DNA of 40,263 bases, taken from Myxococcaceae bacterium (GTDB lineage Bacteria; Myxococcota; Myxococcia; Myxococcales; Myxococcaceae). The notes under the pieces were generated by a model. The model ran no database searches. It was not told the origin of the DNA and saw only the letters and a list, made by a program, of their open reading frames with translations. The stretch is taken from the NCBI GenBank assembly GCA_052386435.1, contig JBQTKE010000549.1, positions 1 to 40,263 on the forward strand, in the 5' to 3' direction. A program made the translations under genes and the position numbers. Below, one piece after another: positions 18,309 to 25,801 of this stretch (its first letter is position 1; every line of letters starts with the position of its first letter).

Positions 18309-18517
18309 CGATCTCTTCAGGCCGTCCGTGAAAGGCGCGTCACCTCTCAAAGGCGGCGCGCTTTTTCGCGTGAATTCACTCTGTTGACCGCCGTCCGTGC
18401 GGCCACGTCTCGCGTTGTCTCAACCCACCCCCAGGGCTAAGGCAACGCGGCCGTTTCAAGAGGGCTGCACAGTTCGGCCGGTTCGGCAGCCCTCCATCTG
18501 AGGGAGGAACACAAACA

Positions 18518-19555
18518 ATGCAATTGAAGAACACTGTGCTGGCGTTCGCGCTGGCAGTCGTTGCTGGATTTGGACTCACCCGCTGCGGCACTGGGCTCGG
18601 CGGAGATGGAAAGTGCACCGTCGACACGGACTGTCAGACGGGCGAGATCTGTCACATTGGCCAACAGGCGTGCGTGAAGAGCTGCGCGGCTCAGTCTGAA
18701 TGTACCCAGCCGAACTCCTGTGTCACCGCGTCCTGGGACGCCGCGAAGAAGTTCTGCGGCTGCACCGTGAACGGTCACTGCGGCAGCAGCGAAGTGTGCC
18801 AGCTGGCGGATTCGCGTTGCGCGGCGGCGTGCAGCACCGCGGACGACTGCAACGGACGCGCCTGCAACAGCGGTCAGTGCGCGGCGGCGAGTGGCACCGA
18901 TGGAGGCACCGGCGCGTGCAACTGGTCTAACTGCTCCAACTCCAGCTTCAGCATGCAGGCGACCGGTCGGACGTGCAGCGCCAGCGGCACCTGCGGCGCG
19001 GGCCCGGCTTGCACTGGCGCTGGCCAGTCCACGTGCGCGAATAACTCGTACTGCGCCAGCAGCACCTGCGGATATCCGACGTACCCGACACAGACCGCGT
19101 GCCAGAACCTCTATGCTGGTGAACACCCGAATGGTCCTGTGTGGAATCCCGCATCGTCGACCGGTCCAGTTATCTACAGCATCACCGAAGACGGTCACGG
19201 ACCCGGGCTGTTCGGCACCAGCACCTGCCCTTCGAACGCCAACATCGACACCAGTAACTGCCAGTGCAACCCCGGGGATACGCAGTGGAATATTAGAGTT
19301 CTCGCCTACCGCAATGATACTGCTTGGCCGCAGGACCGTTCGGGCTTGTCCGGCTTCTTCTACGTCCCCACCAACGGAGTGAACCGCGACATCCTGACCA
19401 GCCCCACGCTGCTTCGCCCCAACAGCGGCTACAATCCCGGACCGACCGCAAACCACAAGGTGTTCAACGTCTACCATTGTGCGTCGAACGCGGCGAATGC
19501 CTTCCAGCCCGCCTACTTCTTCACTGGTGGCAACGAGGTCTGCCGTCAGTTCTAG
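18518..19555 (+). CDS. Secreted Cys-rich protein of unknown function (N-terminal myxobacterial-type Cys-rich repeats plus an unassigned C-terminal domain)
   Basis: Strong RBS gagggagg 8-15 nt upstream of the ATG at 18518. Signal peptide MQLKNTVLAFALAVVAGFGL. Repeats of the type C-x-V-D-T-D-C-x-x-G-E-x-C (CTVDTDCQTGEICHIGQQACV, CTVNGHCGSSEVCQLADSRCAAAC, CSTADDCNGRACNSGQC). Confidence 0.65.
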   Translation: MQLKNTVLAFALAVVAGFGLTRCGTGLGGDGKCTVDTDCQTGEICHIGQQACVKSCAAQSECTQPNSCVTASWDAAKKFCGCTVNGHCGSSEVCQLADSRCAAACSTADDCNGRACNSGQCAAASGTDGGTGACNWSNCSNSSFSMQATGRTCSASGTCGAGPACTGAGQSTCANNSYCASSTCGYPTYPTQTACQNLYAGEHPNGPVWNPASSTGPVIYSITEDGHGPGLFGTSTCPSNANIDTSNCQCNPGDTQWNIRVLAYRNDTAWPQDRSGLSGFFYVPTNGVNRDILTSPTLLRPNSGYNPGPTANHKVFNVYHCASNAANAFQPAYFFTGGNEVCRQF

Positions 19556-19634
19556 GTGAGCCAAATAAACCATTTCCTCGTCCGTCCTGGAGCCGTTGAG
19601 GCCCAGGGTGGACTCGAAAAACGAAAGGATTCCC

Positions 19635-20075
19635 ATGAATACGAAGCTGATGTGTTTCACGGCAGTGCTGACAGGAACGGTTGCTTTCGCGGCCGAGCCC
19701 ATCACGTTGAAGTGCCCCGAAGGTAGCGCGCAGAAACTGGCGGTGGGGCAAGACTTGGCCTGCTTTAAGGGTGACGAAGTCGTTCCGGGACCGGTAGTGA
19801 TGCTCTACAAGTCCGGCAAGAAGATGGCGGACGGTCAGCAGGATGCGAAGGGTCGAACCGGGATGTGGACGCTTTACTCCGAGACCGGAGTTAAGACGCA
19901 CACCATCGAGTTCAGCAAAGGCGACTTCCACGGCGCGTGGACGGAGCTTCACTCGAACGGCCTGCCGAAGACGGTCATTCGGTACGACCGCGGCATGCGC
20001 GTCGGCGAGCCGGCGCAGTTCGACACCGCCGGGAAGCCGGTTGTGGTGACGGCGAAGTCTACCGTCGCGAAGTAA
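19635..20075 (+). CDS. Secreted MORN-variant-repeat protein (YwqK-like family)
   Basis: ATG at 19635 preceded by aaagga. Signal peptide MNTKLMCFTAVLTGTVAFAAEP. Repeats of the form G-x-W-x-x-Y-x-x-x-G (GMWTLYSETGVKTHTIEFSKGDFHGAWTELHSNGLPKTVIRYDRGMRVGE). Confidence 0.6.
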   Translation: MNTKLMCFTAVLTGTVAFAAEPITLKCPEGSAQKLAVGQDLACFKGDEVVPGPVVMLYKSGKKMADGQQDAKGRTGMWTLYSETGVKTHTIEFSKGDFHGAWTELHSNGLPKTVIRYDRGMRVGEPAQFDTAGKPVVVTAKSTVAK

Positions 20076-20090
20076 GGTCGGACGAAGATT

Positions 20091-20127
20091 GCCGCCCGTT
20101 GGCATCCAAATCCGACCAACGGGCGGC
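20091..20127. terminator. Hairpin between convergent genes (candidate bidirectional terminator)
   Basis: Perfect 12-bp inverted repeat, gccgcccgttgg (20091-20102) and ccaacgggcggc (20116-20127), with a 13-nt loop. It sits in the 73-nt gap between the convergent stops at 20075 and 20149. The flanking T/A tracts are weak. Confidence 0.5.
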
Positions 20128-20148
20128 GGGCAGATCCGGTGCGAACTT

Positions 20149-20685
20149 TCAGCGGGCCGTAAAGCAGCAGCGATAGGGAAGAGACATCCCCCTGACGAGT
20201 TCAGCATCAGTGAAAAAGCTGGCCATCGGCGTGCAGCCCGTGACGGCGCTCAGATTCCCAACTCGCGCTCCCCAGTCGACGTTGACATTCAGGCCGTTGG
20301 ACTGCCGGTAAGCAACTACGTTCGACGACCATTCGCCGGAGTCGCTGTCCACTCGCACTTTATTGCACGCAGCGACAAGCGAAGAGGCTGGGCAAAGGAA
20401 GCCATCGGTAGAGCTGCAATTCTCCGCAGCCTTTGACCACGCTGCACTGGAGCGAAGTGTTTGTTCCATACACAAGCCGCTCGTCTTGACGGTGCCAGCC
20501 GCGCATGTCGGCTCACGAGACATGAGTGAATCCACGGCGGCCTTGAGCGCGGCGAAGTTCGCGTTTACCTCAGAAGCTCGGGCTGAAGAGTTGGGCTGGA
20601 AGGTGTGCGGAAGAAGAACCTCTCCAGCGAAAGCGAATGAAGCGATGGCTACCCAGCCAATTACGACTGACTTTGTTTTGAGCAT
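20149..20685 (-). CDS. Secreted protein, intact member (P1) of a 3-copy family: conserved N-terminal PHTF...VNANF-x-ALKAAV neck motif plus an 8-Cys globular domain
   Basis: ATG at 20685. Signal peptide MLKTKSVVIGWVAIASFAFAG, then LPHTFQPNSSARASEVNANFAALKAAVDSL, then the Cys pattern C-x10-C ... W-x2-A-x3-C ... LC ... AC ... C ... YRCCF. It is paralogous to the loci at 20718-21233 and 21906-22420. Confidence 0.7.
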   Translation of the reverse strand: MLKTKSVVIGWVAIASFAFAGEVLLPHTFQPNSSARASEVNANFAALKAAVDSLMSREPTCAAGTVKTSGLCMEQTLRSSAAWSKAAENCSSTDGFLCPASSLVAACNKVRVDSDSGEWSSNVVAYRQSNGLNVNVDWGARVGNLSAVTGCTPMASFFTDAELVRGMSLPYRCCFTAR

Positions 20686-20717
20686 GTTTGGTTTCCTTAA
20701 TCGCGAGCATCGAAACG

Positions 20718-21233
20718 TCATCGGCGGAAGCAGCGGCGGTAGTTCGTCGGCGTGTCGATGTTCAGGCCGATATCAAAATTGCAGGCTGCTCCCTGCTTCC
20801 ACAAGATGCCGGCTCCAAACCGGATGTATGTTCGGAGATGGAGCTGCCTGCAGTCCGTCACTGCTCCATTCTTGTCGCCATTGATGACTCCGCTGTCTTA
20901 CAGAGCCGGACGAGTACGGGCAGACTGCAGAGCGCTCCTCCCGCGCTTGCGCAGGCATCTGCAGCGGCGAAATAGGTGCCGATCGTGGGGAGACGGTTTC
21001 GACGCACTGGTCGCCTACGGCGATGCGGCCATCGGCGCAGCTAAAGGCCTCGACCCCCATCACGCGAACCTGAAGGGCGTTGGTGCGGGCCTCTGCCGAA
21101 GCGATCGCGGTCTTGATCGCGGCGAAGTTCGCGTTGACCTCTCCGGTTCGCGCGGGGTGAGTTGGGTTGGAAGAAGTGCGGGATCTGAAAGTCGCTCGCG
21201 ACGGCGACTGCTCCAATTGTCGTTGCTCGTCAT
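20718..21233 (-). pseudogene. Heavily frameshifted copy (P2) of the P1 family
   Basis: My own three-frame reading of the minus strand, starting at the ATG at 21233. The family sequence is recovered only by hopping frames at least 5 times. Segments in order: IGAVAVASDFQIPHFFQPNSPRA, GEVNANFAAIKTAIASAE...CADGRIAVGDQCVET, TYFAAADACASAGGALCSLPVLVRLCKTAESSMA, EWSSDGLQ, ACNFDIGLNIDTPTNYRRCFRR*. The stop is at 20718-20720. Confidence 0.75.
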
Positions 21234-21241
21234 GGTTCGCC

Positions 21242-21736
21242 TCAGTTCCAGTTCGCTTGGTCCCAGTTCATGGCGTCCCAGAGCGCGGCGTTCGGCTCGG
21301 TCACCGTGATCTGAACGGTCTGCGTGCGAGTGGTCGTGCCGGCAGCGGCGACGAAGGTGACTTGGTAGTCCTTAACTGGGAGCGCGGCCGCAGCCGCGAT
21401 CTCCAAAGCACCGGAAGTTTGATCGGACTTCAGCGGGTTGGCGGTGAACGTGAGCTGGTCGGGTGGCGACTGGAGGCTCAGCTCGATGGGCAGCTGCACG
21501 CGATCGAAACGATGCACCGCGAAGGGAATTGACGCGGTTCCGCCTTGCCGGACGAACACTGTCGAGCTGATCGGTAGCAGATCGAAGTTCTCGTAGAGGG
21601 CGACGCAGATACTGGTGGTGTCGTCACAGCGCGCATCGATCGGACATTCGCTGTCGGCCTTGCACGCTTTCTCGGACTTGCAGCCTGACAGGAGGAGCGC
21701 GGCAACGCTGAGGGTGGCCGGGAGGGATTTGGACAT
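21242..21736 (-). CDS. Lipoprotein with an N-terminal Cys-rich motif and a beta-sandwich-like C-terminal part
   Basis: ATG at 21736 with ggagaa 7 nt upstream. Lipobox LLLSGC. CKADSECPIDARCDDTTSICV resembles the Cys-rich repeats of the 18518 gene. The rest is beta-rich (QVTFVAAAGTTTRTQTVQITV). Confidence 0.65.
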   Translation of the reverse strand: MSKSLPATLSVAALLLSGCKSEKACKADSECPIDARCDDTTSICVALYENFDLLPISSTVFVRQGGTASIPFAVHRFDRVQLPIELSLQSPPDQLTFTANPLKSDQTSGALEIAAAAALPVKDYQVTFVAAAGTTTRTQTVQITVTEPNAALWDAMNWDQANWN

Positions 21737-21905
21737 GGAGGTTCTCCGAATCGGGGGCTTGAGTTGAGGGTTGCGGTGTTGCAACAACATGGCCGCCGCG
21801 CGGAAGCAGCGGTGCTTTACTCGTGAGCTGCGCGATGACGGTCTTCAAGGGCGCGGTCCGTGCCATCTCACCACTCGGACGGCTCGTCGCGATCCGAGAT
21901 GGTCA

Positions 21906-22420
21906 TCACCGGTTGAAGCAGCAGCGGTAGCTCATCGTCGTAGTCGTCTGCACGCTGAACTCGAAGGAGCAAGAGCATGGCACCGGGCCGGGTGTTCCTG
22001 AAGAACTGCGCTGCGACGCGTCCCGCCGCTGTTTCCTGCAGTCCGTCTGCGGTCCACTCGCTTGCTGCCATCAACGAGTCAGAGGCGCGGCAGAATTTGC
22101 TGAGTAGGGGAGTGCTGCGGAGCGCGCCGCCCGCATCGAGACAGGCATCGACGGCTGCGTTCCAAGAGACGGCAGCGCGGAACGTGTTCTCCACGCACTG
22201 ATTGCCGATCGTGGTTCTTCCCGTCGCGCACGTTCCCGCCTGCAGCTCATTCACTGCTGCCTTCAGTGCGACGAAGTTCGCGTTGACCTGCGCCGCCTTC
22301 GCCGGCGTGTTCGCTTCAAACGTGTGCGGCATATTCATGTCCGCGGCGAGCGTGATCGACGCGTAAGCCAGCGTCGCAGCGAGCGATGAGACCGAGCTTG
22401 ATTCGAGTGCTGAAGGGCAT
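21906..22420 (-). pseudogene. Frameshifted copy (P3) of the P1 family
   Basis: The signal-peptide start MPFSTRIKLGLI (ATG at 22420) is in one frame. The continuation SLAATLAYASITLAADMNMPHTFEANTPAKAAQVNANFVALKAAVNELQAGTCATGRTTIGNQCVEN...SWNAAVDACLDAGGAL is in the ORF-track frame. The family C-terminus MSYRCCFNR* (stop at 21906-21908) is in a third frame. A family Cys is replaced: GGALRS here versus GFLC and GALC in the other copies. Confidence 0.65.
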
Positions 22421-22817
22421 GGAGCCGTCCCCCGACGATTGATGTAGGCGCGGTTGCATATGCCAGAAGCCGGATGATCACGAGTGCTCCGGAATCCCGG
22501 AAAGTCTCGCAGGGGTTTCGGCGGGTTCTGAGGCCTCGTTGTGACAAGGCTCCAGAGGGCGCACATCGCTCCGGAGCCTGATTGTCGGCCCCAGCTGCGA
22601 TGCTGCGTCTCAACCAACCTGCTGGGAGGGAACCATCGCACGCTCGACTCGGAGCCTCCGTGCAGCACAGTCCGCTCCTTTCACGCCGCCGAAGCTGAGT
22701 CTCGCTGGAGAAATTCTGGTTCGTGAGCCGCCGGGGTTTCGAACGCGGCTTCGGCGAAATCTGGGCGCTGTCTTTGTCGACAACTTCTTCAAGGGCGCGT
22801 CGCGCGCGGGCAGTTGG

Positions 22818-23723
22818 ATGCCGTTCACGCATCCGCGCTTCCACGGTGTGGAGGTGCTTCGCGACGTCGCGTATCTGGATTCAGGTCTGCCCGAGCACCG
22901 GCTCGACATTTACCGACCGGCGAGACGTTCGGGGCCGCTGCCGGTGGTCTTCTACATTCACGGGGGTGGCTTTCGGATTCTCTCGAAGGATTCGCATTGG
23001 CTGTTCGGGCTGATCTTCGCTCGAGCGGGCTACATGGTCGTCAACGTGAGCTACCGGCTCGCACCGCGGCATCCGTTTCCTTCGGCGCTGGTGGACTGCT
23101 GCGAGGCGTATGACTGGATGGCTCGCAACATTGAGCTGCACGGCGGTGACTTGAGCCGACTCGTGGTCGCGGGTGAATCCGCGGGCGCGAATCTCGCGAC
23201 ATCGCTCGCGCTGACGACGTGCTACCGGCGGCCAGAGCAGTGGGCTCGGAAGGTCTTCGACAGGGGAGTGGTGCCTCGCGCGGTACTGCCGGCCTCGGGC
23301 TATCTGCAGATCTCGGATCCGGAGCGCTTCCTTCGCGGTTCAAAGATGCCGACGTTCCTCCACGACCGTCTGGCGGAAGTGACGGACGCGTATCTCGGCG
23401 GTTTGCGGATCTCCCATCCGTGGGAGCTCGATCTCGCTGATCCTCTGGTCGTGTTGGAGCGAGGTAAGACGCCGGAGCGCGAGCTGCCTCGCTTCTTCGC
23501 CAGCTGTGGCACGGCGGATCCTCTGGTCGAGGACACGCGCCGTCTCAAGGCGGCGCTCGACAAGTTGCAGGTCCCGTGTGAGGCGCGGCTCTATGAGGGC
23601 GGGATGCACTCGTTCCACGCCTTTCTCTTCCGTCACAAGGCTCGCCAGTACTGGAAGGACGTCTACAGCTTCCTGGGGCGGTCCGGCGCAGGACCACGGC
23701 CGGTCGCGGTGATGGACCTGTAG
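22818..23723 (+). CDS. Alpha/beta-hydrolase, hormone-sensitive-lipase-type esterase/lipase
   Basis: The oxyanion motif HGGGF (VVFYIHGGGFRIL) and the nucleophile elbow GESAG (VVAGESAGANLA) are present. Candidate acid and His lie in CGTADPLVED and GGMHSFH. The length of 301 aa is typical. Confidence 0.8.
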   Translation: MPFTHPRFHGVEVLRDVAYLDSGLPEHRLDIYRPARRSGPLPVVFYIHGGGFRILSKDSHWLFGLIFARAGYMVVNVSYRLAPRHPFPSALVDCCEAYDWMARNIELHGGDLSRLVVAGESAGANLATSLALTTCYRRPEQWARKVFDRGVVPRAVLPASGYLQISDPERFLRGSKMPTFLHDRLAEVTDAYLGGLRISHPWELDLADPLVVLERGKTPERELPRFFASCGTADPLVEDTRRLKAALDKLQVPCEARLYEGGMHSFHAFLFRHKARQYWKDVYSFLGRSGAGPRPVAVMDL

Positions 23724-23874
23724 CTCACCAATGGACGCAGCCTGAGCTTCAGTTGCTGGGAGCCGCCAACTTGGGGGTGCTCGACGCGTCGCGTGCAAAG
23801 CGCGCCCCGTCAGCACCTTCAGAGCCCCTACAGAGCCCCTGGTCCGGTCTCGCGTCCTGGGCTACTGGAGACGT

Positions 23875-24218
23875 GTGACAACGACTTCAGACCGAAAGAC
23901 CCGCGCGCTCGTGTTGGGTGGGGGAGGCATCTCCGGAATTGCTTGGGAGCTGGGGATCCTTTCCGGACTTGTTCAAGCGGGCGTGAATCTGGAGAAGCCG
24001 GATCTGATCATGGGGACGTCGGCCGGGTCGATTGCTGGCGCGCAGGTCGCGGCGGGTTTGGATCTTGAGGCGCGCTATCAGGCGCAACTTGAAAGCACCC
24101 AGGGTGAGTTCTCAGCCTCGCTCGGGCCTTGCACGATGGCGCGGCTGTCTGGGCCATGCTGAAGGCCAAGACACCGGAAGACTTTCGGCAACGGGTCGGC
24201 CGGATTACCGCGCGGTGA
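23875..24218 (+). pseudogene. Patatin-like phospholipase remnant (frameshifted and 3'-truncated)
   Basis: GTG at 23875. The N-terminus has the oxyanion GGGG-x-x-G (LVLGGGGISGIAWELG) and GTSAG (G-x-S-x-G). The frame ends at 24162, but the family continues in the +2 frame (24108-24218: AAVWAMLKAKTPEDFRQRVGRITAR*). No region encoding the catalytic Asp (DGG/DGA) exists before the next gene at 24382. Confidence 0.6.
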
Positions 24219-24381
24219 CGCTGCACGCAAGACTCGATGCCGCGCCCTTTCGGCTACGCGGGCAGGACTAAGAGGGCGCCTCTCGGCGGCTCCGCACCTG
24301 CTGGGCGACAGCTTCAGCGACTGCTGTTTCGTGACGCACATAGCGGCGCGGCTTCTACCAAAGCGCTACGCTGCGCGCCCC

Positions 24382-25668
24382 ATGGGAATCGATCTTGCGG
24401 ATGATCTCTTGGCCTTTGTCGACGCGTCGCCCACGCCTTGGCACGCAGTGGCGGAGGCTTCACGGCGGCTTGAGGCAGAAGGCTATCGACGGCTGGACGA
24501 ACGAGACGCTTGGTCCATCAACCCCGGCGACAAGCTCTACGTCACCCGAGCGGGCAGCAGCGTTGCCGCGTTTCACGTGGGCTCGGACCCCATCGATCGC
24601 GCCGGCTTTCGGCTCGTGGGGTCTCACACAGACTCGCCGAATCTGAGACTCAAGCCCAACGCGGCCTACACGAAGGCGGGACATCACCAGTTGGGCGTGG
24701 AGGTCTACGGCGGCGCGCTCTGGCACACCTGGTTGGATCGCGATCTCTCCATCGCGGGCCGAGTCGTCGTCTCGGTCTCCGGCAACGACAAGGTGGAGAC
24801 GCGGCTGGTCGACTACGGTCGCAAGGCGCTGTGCCGGATTCCCAACTTGGCGATTCATCTGAATCGCGGCGTCAACAACGACGGCCTGAAGCTCAATGCG
24901 CAAGAGCACCTCGCGCCGGTTCTTGGTTTGGAGTCGACGGGACCGCTCGAGTTGAAGGCGTGGATCGCGGAGCTGGCGTCGGTGAAGACGGAGCAGATTC
25001 TGGCTTCGGATCTTTGTCTCTACGACGTGCAGCCTTCTGCGCGGGCGGGGCTCAAGAGCGAGTATCTGCTCGCGCCTCGGCTGGACAACCTGGCGTCGTG
25101 TCACTCGAGTCTCACTGCGCTGCTGAATAAGGGCGATCGGAAGTCTACCTGCGGCGTGGTGCTCTACGATCACGAAGAAGTCGGGAGCACGAGTGCCCAA
25201 GGCGCGGCGGGACCGTTCTTGCGCGACATCTTGGAGCGGCTCGTTCTCGCTCGCGCGGGTTCTCGCGCCAATCTGCTCCGTGCTTACGCGAATTCGCTCT
25301 TCATCTCGTCTGACATGGCCCACGCGGTTCACCCGAACTACGCGGACAAACACGAGCCTCATCACAAGCCGCTCTTCGGCGCGGGCCCAGTCGTGAAGTC
25401 CAACGTGAACCAGAGCTACGCGACCGACGCGGAGACCTGGGGCCTCTTCGCCGCGCTTTGTCGTGAGGTCGACGTGACGCCTCAGGCGTTCGTGGTGAGA
25501 TCGGACCTGCCGTGCGGAAGCACGATCGGGCCCATCACCGCGGGCGAGCTCGGTATTCGCACCATCGACATCGGAAATCCCATGCTGTCCATGCATTCCG
25601 TCCGGGAGATGGCGGCCGCCGCGGACGTGGAGCGCATGGTCGCCGTGCTGCGCCGTTTCTTCCGCTAA
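24382..25668 (+). CDS. M18-family aspartyl aminopeptidase
   Basis: Full-length similarity pattern to M18 peptidases: DASPTPWHAV, VGSHTDSPNLRLKP, YDHEEVGS, SSDMAHAVHPNY, IGPITAGELGIRTIDIGNPMLSMHS. The ATG at 24382 is preferred over the ORF-caller GTG at 24331. Confidence 0.85.
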   Translation: MGIDLADDLLAFVDASPTPWHAVAEASRRLEAEGYRRLDERDAWSINPGDKLYVTRAGSSVAAFHVGSDPIDRAGFRLVGSHTDSPNLRLKPNAAYTKAGHHQLGVEVYGGALWHTWLDRDLSIAGRVVVSVSGNDKVETRLVDYGRKALCRIPNLAIHLNRGVNNDGLKLNAQEHLAPVLGLESTGPLELKAWIAELASVKTEQILASDLCLYDVQPSARAGLKSEYLLAPRLDNLASCHSSLTALLNKGDRKSTCGVVLYDHEEVGSTSAQGAAGPFLRDILERLVLARAGSRANLLRAYANSLFISSDMAHAVHPNYADKHEPHHKPLFGAGPVVKSNVNQSYATDAETWGLFAALCREVDVTPQAFVVRSDLPCGSTIGPITAGELGIRTIDIGNPMLSMHSVREMAAAADVERMVAVLRRFFR

Positions 25669-25801
25669 GGACAGACGACCAGGGCTCCATCCCTTCGCAC
25701 GCTCTGTCATAGGCGCTGCAGCTCAGAACGTCCTGCGCCCGACGCGGCACATCGGCGCACATTGGGATGCGGGTGTTTCACATCGCGGTTGCCCGGGTGC
25801 A

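Noticed and set aside
18331-18366. Possible terminator after gltJ (aaaggcgcg ... cgcgcttttt).
   Set aside because: Only about 5 GC pairs plus A-U/G-U pairs, with a 17-nt loop. This is marginal.
18437-19705. A 422-aa minus-strand ORF covering the Cys-rich secreted protein gene.
   Set aside because: The plus-strand gene has a strong RBS, a signal peptide and regular Cys repeats. The minus product is Ala/Arg/Gly-rich low complexity.
20089-21309. Plus-strand ORFs 20089-20436, 20363-20884 and 20752-21309.
   Set aside because: The minus-strand translations are mutually paralogous across three loci, with conserved Cys and motifs and a signal peptide. The plus-strand products have no such support.
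20718-22420. Possibility that the frame changes in P2/P3 are programmed recoding rather than decay.
   Set aside because: There are at least 5 shifts in P2 in both directions, in-frame stops, loss of a conserved Cys in P3, and no slippery heptamer or downstream structure that I could see at the junctions. Assembly error remains to be excluded with reads.
24032-24271. A 79-aa ORF overlapping the end of the patatin remnant.
   Set aside because: It is an alternative frame through the decayed patatin locus. The Arg-rich product has no motifs, and the family continuation is in the other (+2) frame.
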